From Neoconidiobolus thromboides FSU 785 (lineage: Eukaryota > Fungi > Entomophthoromycota), in contig MU626399.1 in NCBI GenBank assembly GCA_025603075.1, positions 1-51,233 of the forward strand: a stretch of 51,233 nt of DNA. Reading direction: 5' to 3'. The translations under genes were made by a program, and so were the position numbers. Positions 41,150-51,233 of this stretch are shown here, in pieces (the stretch's first letter is position 1; each line of letters begins with the position of its first letter). The notes below the pieces were generated by a model. That model saw only the letters and a list, made by a program, of their open reading frames with translations. It was not told the origin of the DNA and did not search any database.

Positions 41150-42260
41150 TTACATTAAACTGATAAATCCTTCATTATTAACAGTATTCTCTTTGTAATT
41201 ACCACTGTTATTTCCAACTTCTAAATCGGAGCTGATGCTATACATTTTCACATTATCTAGATAAACCAAAAGCTACGACTTTATAAAAATAAATCAAATA
41301 ATAAACATACCATCTCCTTTTACATCATTCGATTTATTTTTAATCCTACAGTAAGTCACTTTAATTCTATTATAAACTGTAGGATCACAAAAAAAAACAG
41401 TAAAATTTAAGGTACCAGCTAATAGATAAGTAACATAAGTTAAATGGATTTAAGATAAGGCTAGGCTTATCATTAAAATTGTAACAAATTTGAGATATAA
41501 TTTCAGAAGAATAAGTGATTAACATTATAAGATATAACAATCTAAAAATTCACCAACTTTGAAAAAACAAAAAAATTAGTAATGATACATTCTGCAGCCT
41601 AATTGATTAATGGTCTTGAATGCTTTTGATGAAAATTTAGTATCCTTGTTGAGTTTGTTAGTGTCAGCTAACACAGCTTCTAGAATTGACTTCATAAACA
41701 CAATGTAACGACAACAATGAGATAGGATATGTACTAATAATCTCCAAAATCAAACACTAAAAAGACCCAGCATTTTTATCTGAAATTTCTCTCCCTTAGC
41801 TGGATTTAAATAGCAACTGGTATAACCATTCCAACCAAATTTTCCTAAAGATAATTTTATAAGCTAATGAATTTAACTGCGTATCTATAGAAGTCTACTA
41901 AATGGAGGATATGTAATCAAAAGTGAAAAAAATACAGAAGCTACCCAATAAATAGCTTCAGTTCTTTTAGTAACTGGTTTATCATGAATGAAGATAAACC
42001 GGAGGTCTAAAGCAATAGATACATTCACGAAGGAATAAAGTAACGCAAACACTATTGTAGCCCACCCAAAAAAAAAGTAAAGTGATCCTGTATGAAACTA
42101 AAAGTCATAAGCTAACAACACAGTTTGTGACCTCAAAGATACTCTATTTATAATTTGGCGATCATATATGGCTACAATAAGTCGAATTTAAATAATATTA
42201 AAAAATAATGAGTAAGTTTGCTCTTTATTTGTGTGGTTTTACTTTTAAATCAAGTTATCA
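41150..42260 (-). pseudogene. Pseudogene of the intron-containing 7TM (cAMP-receptor/Git3-like) family; paralog of 45602-46839
   Basis: Residual IYDRQIINRVSLR, GKFGW, GTLNFTVFFCDPTV with matching intron positions; in-frame TAG/TGA stops and a deletion; 5' end abuts repeat A. Confidence 0.8.
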
Positions 42261-42262
42261 TA

Positions 42263-42683
42263 TGAGAATGTTTGAATTAGTTTCATCATTTTATCCAATT
42301 TTTAAATATTTTGTATCTTAAAAACTTCGCTTAAAATTATATAAAATCACATCTTTTATTAAAACAAAAGTACCCAAACACAGTTCTAAATCATTCTATT
42401 ATAGCTCATACTGTAAGTTAGTTGAATTTCTACTAAATATTAAATACATATTCTTATAAAACTTTATTAAGAAACATTTATTATCGACTGTTTTATAACC
42501 AACTGCAGATTTGTTATCAAATAAATAAGCTATTTTAATGTTATAATTATATTATCAATATATTGCTAAGTCAATAATTAGCTTCAAAACTATAATTAGC
42601 CATCCCTATACAATACAAGTAATATAATAATAGTTTTTACATATTATTACAATTACTTGTTCTTTGACTATTTATCAACTTAG
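42263..42683. repeat. Repeat family A copy, inverted relative to 1-420
   Basis: Direct alignment to 1-420 as reverse complement. Confidence 0.75.
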
Positions 42684-43144
42684 TGTGAAACATCAATTTG
42701 TTAGCCCCATGGTTAATTATAGCATAATAATCGCTTAAGCTGTTGTATTCTCAATTATAGAGACAATTAGTCCTACGCTCTTATTCTGGTTCGCTATGAG
42801 AATTTCTATCTTCGTCTTAAAGAATATTATCTTATTTTAATATTTATACTTCTCGGAGTATAAAAGAGATTCTAAAACATAATAAGTCAAGGCTTTTTGG
42901 CGGCTTTATTAAATGTTCGAGATATCAGGGAATAATTCAGTTAAGTTTTCTTAATAGTATCTTACGTAGATTTTATATTAATATTATGTGTTTTATTTGT
43001 TTTATATAGTCTGTAGCCTATTACGTTTTATTCTTCATAATCCAAGTCTATCTTAGTTACATAAACTAAGACCTTTCGACTTATAGTGTAGTCAACCAAG
43101 CAATAGCTATTTTTGACTCCAAACACTGAGTACCAGATTTCATA
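42684..43144 (-). mobile_element. Repeat B copy 3 (solo-LTR-like, ~460 bp), inverted
   Basis: Reverse complement aligns to 44295-44757; ends tgtgaaacatc / agatttcata. Confidence 0.8.
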
Positions 43145-43159
43145 TTGGTTATTAATGAT

Positions 43160-44294
43160 TTAAGTAATCTTAAAATTTAATAATCTATTTCTGTCATTCA
43201 ACAAACTACTTACTTGCTTAGTAAATATCGAAAGTTTTAAATTCTCTGTTATCTTCGTAAGGTAAGCTGGGATCGATCTTTTAATTTTTCTATTTTCTAT
43301 AGACTCTATAACTTTAATTGGAGTTATATTGCTTTTTTTTGATGTATCAGATACTGGATAACAATGTAGTTTATTGTTATGTTTAATAAAATGTAAATAC
43401 TTCTTAATGCCTTGCACCTCTATCATTCCTTTCGTATTTTTGTTTCTTTCATACTTTTTAAAAACTATATCTGTTTTCGCATTATTAACAGTCGAGTTAT
43501 TAATTTTATTATGCTCGCAAATAAAAATCTCAAATCTTGAAATTAATTGATCGATATCTTCTATTTTACCTAACGCTTCAAAACTACTTTTCCATTTTGA
43601 AAGGTTTCCAAAATGTCCATCAACTCTACTTTTTCCATAATGCTCAGCAAAAAAATTAAGGTCAACATTCAAACCACTATTTGGGGATGTGTTTTTTTGT
43701 TTAAGAATTTTACTAACAATCCTTCCACTCAAATAGCGCTTAAAAATGAAAAAATAATGAAACTAAAAAACAGCCCCATTTATTTTATGAATTTCTTTAA
43801 ATGTATAATGTATGAACTCTTGGGATCTAAAATGATTTCCTGTATCTGTTCATATATCAATTTTTGTAAACTTTTTAAATAGAAGCTCTGTAGAGATCAA
43901 ATTGATTAAACAATCCCCTGCATATGCTAAATTATGATTCAATATTTCAGATAAATAATCAAAGTAAACTTTGCCTATTGTTTTATCATCTTTTAAATAT
44001 AAAACACCAAAATCTAATACTGATATAGCTTGTTTATTATAACGATCTAAAGTTATTGAATCTGGTCTTATTCCTATTTCCATATTTTGTTCGAAATCCA
44101 AAATTATTATACAACCTTTATTATTTGATTTTTTAATAGTTTCATTAAATATGTTTTTTTGAGTATCAACACAGAATTTATGTAACTTGTATAATTTTTC
44201 TTCATTGAAAATTTCTTCTATCTCTGCTTTGTTTTTTATTGCTGTATTTATTTTATTTTCAAATAACTTTTTTCTAATTGTGTACTGGGCACAT
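43160..44294 (-). pseudogene. C-terminal half of a DDD transposase (Sola-like), inactivated
   Basis: One frame reads IIILDFEQN...KIDI*(W)TDTGNHFRS...KIN[MITE]SGLNVDLNFFAEHYGKSRVDGHFGNLSKW; three putative catalytic Asp motifs. Confidence 0.75.
43683..43777 (+). mobile_element. ~95-bp GGGG-MITE inserted in the transposase ORF
   Basis: Perfect ATTT/ATTT TSD; removing the element plus one TSD restores the reading frame. Confidence 0.93.
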
Positions 44295-44757
44295 TGTGAA
44301 ATCTAGTACTCAGTATTTGGAGTCAAAAATAGCTATTGCTTGGTTGACTACACTATAAGTCGAAAGGTCTTAGTTTATGTAACTAAGATAGACTTGGATT
44401 ATGAAGAATAAAACGTAATAGGCTACAGACTATATAGGACAAACAGAATAGACAATACTAATGTAAATCTATGTAAAATACTATTAAGTAAACTTAGTGG
44501 CTTTATTGAATGTATGATATATCAAGGAATAATTCAGTTGAAAAGCCTCGAGCTACTATACCCTGTAAACTCTTTTATACTCCAACAAGTATAAATATCA
44601 AAATGAGAAGATAATATTCTTTGGGATGGAGCTAGAAATTATCATAATAAATCAAACTAAGAACGTGGGATTGATTTTCTCTAAACTCGAGAACACAATA
44701 GCTTAGGGGATTATTATGCTATAATTAACCATGGGACTGGCAAAGCGATATTTCACA
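44295..44757 (+). mobile_element. Repeat B copy 1 (solo-LTR-like, 463 bp)
   Basis: TGTGAAAT...ATTTCACA perfect 8-bp inverted ends; TATAAAA and AATAAA on the opposite strand; four copies in the window; no PBS, PPT or TSD found. Confidence 0.8.
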
Positions 44758-45601
44758 GGGTTTGACTTTATTTAAAACTGTAAGAGGAATTTTATTGGCT
44801 TAAGCTGCAGTTTTAATAATGGCTCCATGACTAACAGGCTAAACCTTATATTGCAAATAAAAAAGTGTGGCAACTCATTTCACTTTCATGGCAATTATCC
44901 GCAGGTATTACTATAATGATATTCTAAAAAACGAAAAAATACTAAAATTAATAAAAATTCGGTCAATTAACCTAATATTCATATCTGAGAGTAAATTTAA
45001 TAGTTTTAAGGAATACAAAATGAGAACAAAATTATTTATAATTGGAGTATAAATTAAAAAATTAAAAAACGGTCCAATTATAAATAGGGCGAGATTAAGA
45101 ACTTAAATGTGGCATTCAATCCTAATATAGAATTTAATAGGGATTAGCACCATAGCTTAAGAAAAAAGTATTCGAATTCTATGCTTGATATTGATGAATC
45201 AAATTGATATATAACTTTCGTTTGTTTTTTATATTACTATATAAGTAAGGGACTATGACTAATTTCTATCCCCTTATAGTTCCAATATTGAAATATGAAT
45301 TTATTTATTCAAGAGCTTGTGTATACTATCAAGAATTAAAGAAAGGTATATTTTTTATACTAAGGTTGACAGACATGAGCAATATATCTTTTTTCTTACC
45401 TTCCCTGTTTCTTATAGCAACATTTTTCAAAAGCTTAATAATTTCACTAAAGAATTTCTAATTGTAAACAGCTTACTTTAATGGATGGTGATTGCTATAA
45501 ACAATTTTCAAACACCATAAGTTAAACATAATCAAGGAGCTCTTGAAGTAGATAATAAAGCAAAAGAAATATAGAAAATTTCAATGTATAAAGCTAATAC
45601 T

Positions 45602-46839
45602 TTATAGGAGTTGAATTATATTGGTAAGTGACTGGTTGTTGTTATCAGTACCGTTATTATTACTATTATTATTTGTATTATCTTCTAAACTCAAATTAAT
45701 CCCATACAATTCCAATTGAATTTCATTAGCTAAAAGAACAAAAGATTATTATAAGTAAATGAACTTAAAAAAAATTCTACCATCTTCCTCTACTTCCCTT
45801 TTACTATTTTTAATCCTATTATAAACTGTTCTAATTGCTTTATGTACTGTCGGATCACAAAAAAAAGCAAAAAAATTTAAAGTACCACCGAGTGGGTAAG
45901 TAATATAACTTAGTGCATCTAATGCTTCACTAGCTTCACCAAAATCGTAATAAACTTGAGATATAATACCAGCAGAATAAGCCACTAACATACCTATTGG
46001 ATATAGCAAACTGAAAGCTTAATTAATCACTCAAAAAATACACAATTAAGTAAACTGTTACATTCGATAGCCTAATAACTTGACCGCTTTTGTAGCTTTT
46101 GATGAAAGTTTAGGGTCAATTCTGGATTTATTAGGTCCAGTTATAGATACTTGTCGATTTAGTCTTAAAAACACAATAGTAACAATAACAATAAGATAAA
46201 CAAGTGAAATTGATCTCCAAAGTTGGACCCCAAGTAAATCCAGCATTTTCATTTGATATTCATTTCCGTCAGGTGCAATCATATAACAACCGCCGTAAGA
46301 ATACCATCCGAATCGCCCTAAGGCTTAAAAAGTGTTATGATTTATACCAACCTTTTTTTAATAACAAACTTACCTAATGGTGGAACAGAAATAATAAGCG
46401 AAAGTAATATTGGTACCAACCAGTATCCGACTTCAATTCTCTTTGTAATTTTTTTATTATGAATAAAAATAAGTTGTAAATTAACGCCAATAGATACATT
46501 GATAAAAGAATAAAACAGCGTAGTAGCTACCATATTCCATCCAAAAAAAACGCAAAGAGGACCAGGTCCTTTAGCATAAGGCGTTTTCCATAATGATCCG
46601 GTATGTAACCAAAGATCATAGGCTGCTAAAGCGGTTTGTAATCTCAAGGAAACTCGATTTACTAATTTACTATCATAAATAGCTAATACAAAGATTAATA
46701 TGAATTAGATCAATAGAATTAACTAATTACACATTCCAATCATAAATAAAATATTAATGGATACTAAACAGGCAGAGATGTAAGAGGCTTTTGGTACGTA
46801 TTCTTGAGCTAAATATTGTTGGAGAGTAGATAACTCCAT
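45602..46839 (-). CDS. Intron-containing 7TM receptor (cAMP-receptor/Git3-like fungal GPCR), apparently intact, 5 exons
   Basis: MELSTLQQYL..IYDSKLVNRVSLRLQ..GPLCVFFGW..PPL|GRFGWYSYGGCYM..RI|LLYPIG..GGTLNFFAFFCDPTV..Asn-rich tail..IIQLL*; four GT-AG introns give an open frame. Confidence 0.82.
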
Positions 46840-47259
46840 AATTTTTATAAATTTAACGAATAAATTATTTTCATTCACTTCTCATTTTATATATGGAGTT
46901 GATTTACTTTATGTTGAATTAGATAATACTAGCTATAGAAATAAATTATCCTGTTTAAAACAATAATATCTTTACATCATTTTTTGTAATTTTTATCTAT
47001 GATAGTTGTTGTTTATATTATTATTGACTTTGAAAAGAACGTACTGAAATATTATGATTTATTTTATTTGAAACTAAAAATTACTAGTAAAATTAAAACA
47101 TTAGATATAAAACAAAAAAGTCATTCTCTTGTTTTTTTATCTTTTAAGCATTTTAAATATTTTTACCAATAAAATTAACTATGTTTATAAATTTATATAC
47201 AATTAATTTAAAACTTTTTTATTCAGGTTTATTATAAAAAATATTATTTTAATGTTTTA

Positions 47260-47704
47260 TGTGAAATCTAGTTACTCAGTGGTTGGAGTCAAAACAGGTA
47301 TTGTCTGGCTGACTATACTGTAAGTCGAAAGATCTTAGTTTATGTGACTAAGATAGACTTTGATTATGAAGAATGGCACATAATAGGCTACAGACTATGC
47401 AAGACAGACAAAATAGACAATAGTAATGTAAAACCTACATAAAACACTATTAAGTAAACTTAGTGGCTTTATTAAATGTTCGAGATATCAGGGAATAATT
47501 CAGTTAAAAAGTCTCGAGCTACTATACTCTGAAAAGTATAAATATCAAAATGAGAAGGTAATGTTTTTTGGGATGGAGCTAGAAATTCTCATAGCAAATC
47601 AAACTAAGAACGTGGGATTGATTTTCTCTGAACTTGAGAACACAATAGCTTGGGGGATTATTATGCTATAATTAACTATGGGACTGGCAAAGCGATATTT
47701 CACA
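47260..47704 (+). mobile_element. Repeat B copy 2 (solo-LTR-like, 445 bp), direct repeat of copy 1
   Basis: TGTGAAAT...ATTTCACA; roughly 80-85% identical to copy 1 by eye. Confidence 0.8.
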
Positions 47705-48362
47705 ATAAATATATTTTCTTGCTGTATTTTTGAAATTACTTGGTATGTATTTAAAAAACGTTGACCTAGCTACTGCTTTATCTTTTAAATCATTAAAACA
47801 TTTACTATATATCATTCTTCTACTTTTATTTAATATATATATATCATCTGATGAATATTTACTATCATTATTTTTTTTATTAAATCTTGATGAAATAGTT
47901 GAATTATTTAGCAAGTATTGTATAATAGTTTCAATTTGCTCATTTCTAATTTTTTGTATTTTTAATAATAGGTTGTAATGTTGATATTTTATTATTATTA
48001 CTTGTTTTTGAATAATCATATTGATTTCTATTTATATTAAACCCAAAACTCTTACATTCATCAAAAGAATATACTGAAGCTATAGTTGATAATAACGCTA
48101 CTTGCTGATTTTTGTTTCCTGTTTCGCTTAAAGCGCTAATTTTATACACTACTTGATTAAGTTTATTATTATCGATAGTAAACTTTGATAATATATCTTT
48201 TCTTTGTTTTGTTTTATTATAAGATTCCACAAACCTTGGGTTGTTATAAGTGCCTCTTAAAATTGACGCAAATGAATTACAATGTTTATATTGTGTACTC
48301 CTCCCTATTGTATTGAAATTTTCAAAAATTCCATTTCGAAGTTTAGTTATGAAAGTTTGCAC
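47705..48362 (-). pseudogene. N-terminal half of the same transposase (one frameshift)
   Basis: ORFs 47946-48362 and 47672-48019 overlap in different frames; they end at ..STFFKYIPSNFKNTARKYIY exactly at the repeat B edge; same strand as the C-terminal half. Confidence 0.6.
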
Positions 48363-48605
48363 TTTATTTTTATTTCTATTTCAACAAAAAATAAAGTCAA
48401 ATAACTGTATTTATATAATTATATAATCATATAGTTATATATTATATATCTATTAAATATCTAACAGAAATAACACAAAACATAATTAGTAAAATTAGCT
48501 ATCTAAGAAAAGGAAACAATTAAAATAAGTTTTAAATAGAGAGATTTAATTTAGGCTTTTTAGATTTAACTGTCATATTAGACACAAATTTTAAAATTTA
48601 AAATT

Positions 48606-48650
48606 TGGATTAATTTCTAAGTAAATTCTGAGACTAATTAAGACAGCCCC
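48606..48650 (-). mobile_element. 5' terminus (TIR) of the autonomous-type element
   Basis: Minus strand GGGGCTGTCTTAATTAGTCTCAGAATTT matches 21 of the first 28 nt of the MITE left arm (copy 43683), ungapped; outer flank ATAT. Confidence 0.65.
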
Positions 48651-49659
48651 ATATTATTGTTTGTTCTTATCCACAATGGAAAAGTATGAGCCCAAATATT
48701 ATAGAATGAAATAGTCGTTTGTAACCTAAGAGGAATTCTATCTATCAATTTACGATTATATATTACTATGATTAAATTTAAAAATTTAAGTTCGAATAAT
48801 ACAATTTAATTACTCAATTCAATTATTAGTGATATGACTACACGTGTTAAGGATAAAGAAACTATGGCTACTTATGGAAACATTTCTTTCATTATACATT
48901 TTGCATTGGTCTCGTTATGCATTTTTATTTCTCAAATAAAAAAATGATTAAGTTAATACGTTTATAATCCCTTTTATACTCAGTACTTACTTTTGTTTCA
49001 CCTGTCTTTCATCAAATCATAATTATTTGTTCAATATTTTACTACTATTTTTTATTCATAAATGAAAAGTCACTTTGATCTATGACTAGATGTAGATGTC
49101 CTTTTTATGTTCTTAAATGACAATACACAAGTAATAAAACACCAATTTGACATTTATAGAGTCAAAAGATGCATCTTTGTTCTTAAAAATAGTTTAATCA
49201 AATAACTGTATTTTGCTATATGAAAAACTTCAAAACGGTTAAAAAAATAAAATTCCTCAATTATACTTTTTTGTTCATTCAATGTTTGGTGTAAATTTTT
49301 TTAAACTATTAAAACTGGGCAAAAAAATGTCCCAATGTAAGTTTTAAAATTAAGCAAAAAAGTAAATATTCTTATAACACTTAATACTTGATTTGCAGTT
49401 TTTACTAATCAGAATTGGACAAAATTTTGAGTTTTTAAACTAACCCACATGTGTTAAATACTATAAATTAACACTAAGGAGTTTAACAAAAGCACAGTTA
49501 GTTTTTTACTAAATTCAAATAAACTTTAGGTACAGATGAAATGTAAAGAATCATTACATCTAAAGGCTCAAGGATTAAAAGAAACAACGATGTATCTTTA
49601 GCTAATAAAAAGGTCAATCTAATCTTTAGTTTTAATTATGTAAAAGTAGAAAATGATAT

Positions 49660-49757
49660 GAGGATGTTTTTTTTGGTTTCATTACTTTTCCATTTTTTAA
49701 GCGCTATTTAAGTAAAAAAATTGTTAGTAAAATTCTTAAATAAAAAAATACATTCCC
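49660..49757 (-). mobile_element. ~95-bp GGGG-MITE copy
   Basis: Perfect ATAT/ATAT flanks. Confidence 0.88.
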
Positions 49758-50133
49758 ATATAAAAAAGATAATTTAGAACTTTATATTAAATAGTTTTGA
49801 ATGCTCTATACATAATCTAAAATCATAGTTATATTAATCAAAAAAGCAGAGTTAAAAAAATAACTAAAAGAAGATGATTCGATATTAACTTATCTACCTA
49901 CTCCATTATCCTTTCATCAATCATCCTACCCGTTATCTCCATCCCCCTCAAAGCTAATATTTGATTTTTTCACCACATCACCTACCTCGTCCCTCCTTGA
50001 ATATAAACTTTTAATTTACTTAATGGTTGAACTTACTTTGGCCCCAGTAGCTCCCTCCTGAAACCTGTTTTATAAACCTCTAAAGGATTGGGATTGCTAT
50101 AATAAAACTAAAATCTAAAAGCTTGTAATATAT

Positions 50134-50232
50134 AAGGATATTTTTTTTGACTTTATTACTTTTTTTATCTTTTAAGTGCTGTTTGAGTGGAGAATTTGTT
50201 AATAAAATTCTTAAATACAAAAATACATCTCC
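50134..50232 (-). mobile_element. ~95-bp GGGG-MITE copy
   Basis: Core aagtgctgtttgagtggag; flanks atat/gtat. Confidence 0.82.
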
Positions 50233-50459
50233 GTATTGAAAACCCTCTTTTATGTTCAAATTAGGTAGCTGTATACAGAATATGGTAACAGATATAACTT
50301 ATTATTATGACTACTGAATATAGATATCAAACTAAGGAGTTGATGCTTTTTGCAATTAATCAGTAAAAGTCTCATAGTAAATCAAAATAAAAAGCCCTAA
50401 ATTGATTGTACTTTATAAGTTATAATTATAGGGCCGATAACTTAATGTTTCAAATAGTT

Positions 50460-50515
50460 TTTTTGCTTAAATAGTATTTAAAAAATAGAAAAAGTGATGA
50501 AACTAAAAAAACCCT
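50460..50515 (+). mobile_element. Partial MITE (right arm only)
   Basis: cttaaatagtatttaaaaaatagaaaaagtgatgaaactaaaaaaaccct. Confidence 0.65.
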
Positions 50516-50530
50516 ATATACTAATAATAT

Positions 50531-50627
50531 GGGAATGTAATTTTGTGTTTAAGAATTTTGCTAATAATTTTTCCACTCAAATAGCGCTTAAAAGATGGAA
50601 AAAATAATGAAGCCAAAAAACACCCCC
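50531..50627 (+). mobile_element. ~95-bp GGGG-MITE copy
   Basis: Perfect ATAT/ATAT flanks. Confidence 0.9.
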
Positions 50628-50656
50628 ATATAATTAAAATATTAACCTATTTATTT

Positions 50657-50740
50657 AATAATAAATTTGTAATATTGGTTATAAAGCAGTTAACAATAAA
50701 CATTTTTTGATAATAATTTATAAAAATATATATTTATATA
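50657..50740. repeat. Fragment of repeat family A
   Basis: ttggttataaagcagtt..aataaa aligns with 171-250. Confidence 0.55.
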
Positions 50741-50782
50741 TTATAACCTTAATCAATATTAATATATAAATTACATTAATAA

Positions 50783-51233
50783 TATGAAATATCGCTGTCA
50801 GCTCCATGGTTGATTATAGCATAATAACCATTTAAATTGTGTTCACAGTTCAGAGGCAATTAATCCTATATTCTTATTTTGATTTGCTGAGAATTTCTTT
50901 CATGCAATTCTGAAGGACATTACCTCCCTGTTTTGATATCCATACTTGTTGGAGTATAAAAGAGATTCTAGAACATAGTAACTTGTGGCTTTTCAACTGA
51001 GTTATTCCTTGATATATCATACATTCAATAAAGCCACTAAGTTTACTTAATAGTGTTTTATGTAGATTTTACATTACTATTGTCTATTCTATTTGTCTTA
51101 CATAGTCTGTAACATATTACTTGCTATTCTTCACAATTCAAGTATATCTTAATCACATAAACTAAGGCCTTTCAACTTACAGTATAGTCAACCAAGTAAT
51201 AGCTGTTTTTGACTCCAATCACTAAGTACCAGA
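50783..51233 (-). mobile_element. Repeat B copy 4 (inverted, runs to window end)
   Basis: Reverse complement aligns to 44295-44757 along its length. Confidence 0.8.

Noticed and set aside
43850-43852. TGA read as Trp (alternative genetic code or readthrough)
   Set aside because: Intact nuclear genes here end in TGA (21852, 26957); the stop is best explained as TGG>TGA decay in a dead transposase.
44295-47704. Full-length LTR retrotransposon
   Set aside because: No gag/pol remnants, PBS or PPT, no 4-6 bp TSD, and the two repeats are clearly diverged.
49890-50075. Strand-asymmetric, pyrimidine-rich stretch (and a purine-rich one at 660-790)
   Set aside because: No ORF, repeat partner or termini found; may be TE debris.
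41150-50627. RIP-like hypermutation suggested by G>A/C>T changes in MITE ends and Trp-to-stop codons
   Set aside because: No consistent dinucleotide context could be established by eye; a general AT-biased mutation spectrum explains it. A RIPCAL-type analysis would be needed.

Overview
Very AT-rich eukaryotic (fungal) nuclear DNA with mostly 45-70 nt GT-AG introns. The gene content and intron size suggest Entomophthoromycotina, e.g. Conidiobolus-like (inference). From left to right: a 4-coumarate:CoA-ligase/luciferase-like acyl-CoA ligase, a Zn2Cys6 transcription factor, tRNA-Glu(CTC), LSM3, SEC23, tRNA-Glu(TTC) and tRNA-His(GTG), two tandem cytochrome P450s (one with an assembly gap), a six-copy tandem array of intronless ~300-aa class-A-like 7TM receptors (4 intact, 2 pseudogenes), mitochondrial MCT1, a secreted M64 metallopeptidase, and an intact plus a dead copy of a second, intron-containing 7TM receptor family. 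The most informative structure missed by the ORF track is a transposon system. It comprises a fossil DDD (Sola-like) transposase, one surviving terminus at 48650, and 15 full plus 1 partial ~95-bp MITEs with GGGG..CCCC ends and 4-bp (mostly AWWT) TSDs, one of which sits inside the transposase ORF. The transposase is also split by a 3.4-kb block bounded by direct ~450-bp TG..CA repeats that carries an intact receptor gene. All alignments were done by eye; no database searches were run.
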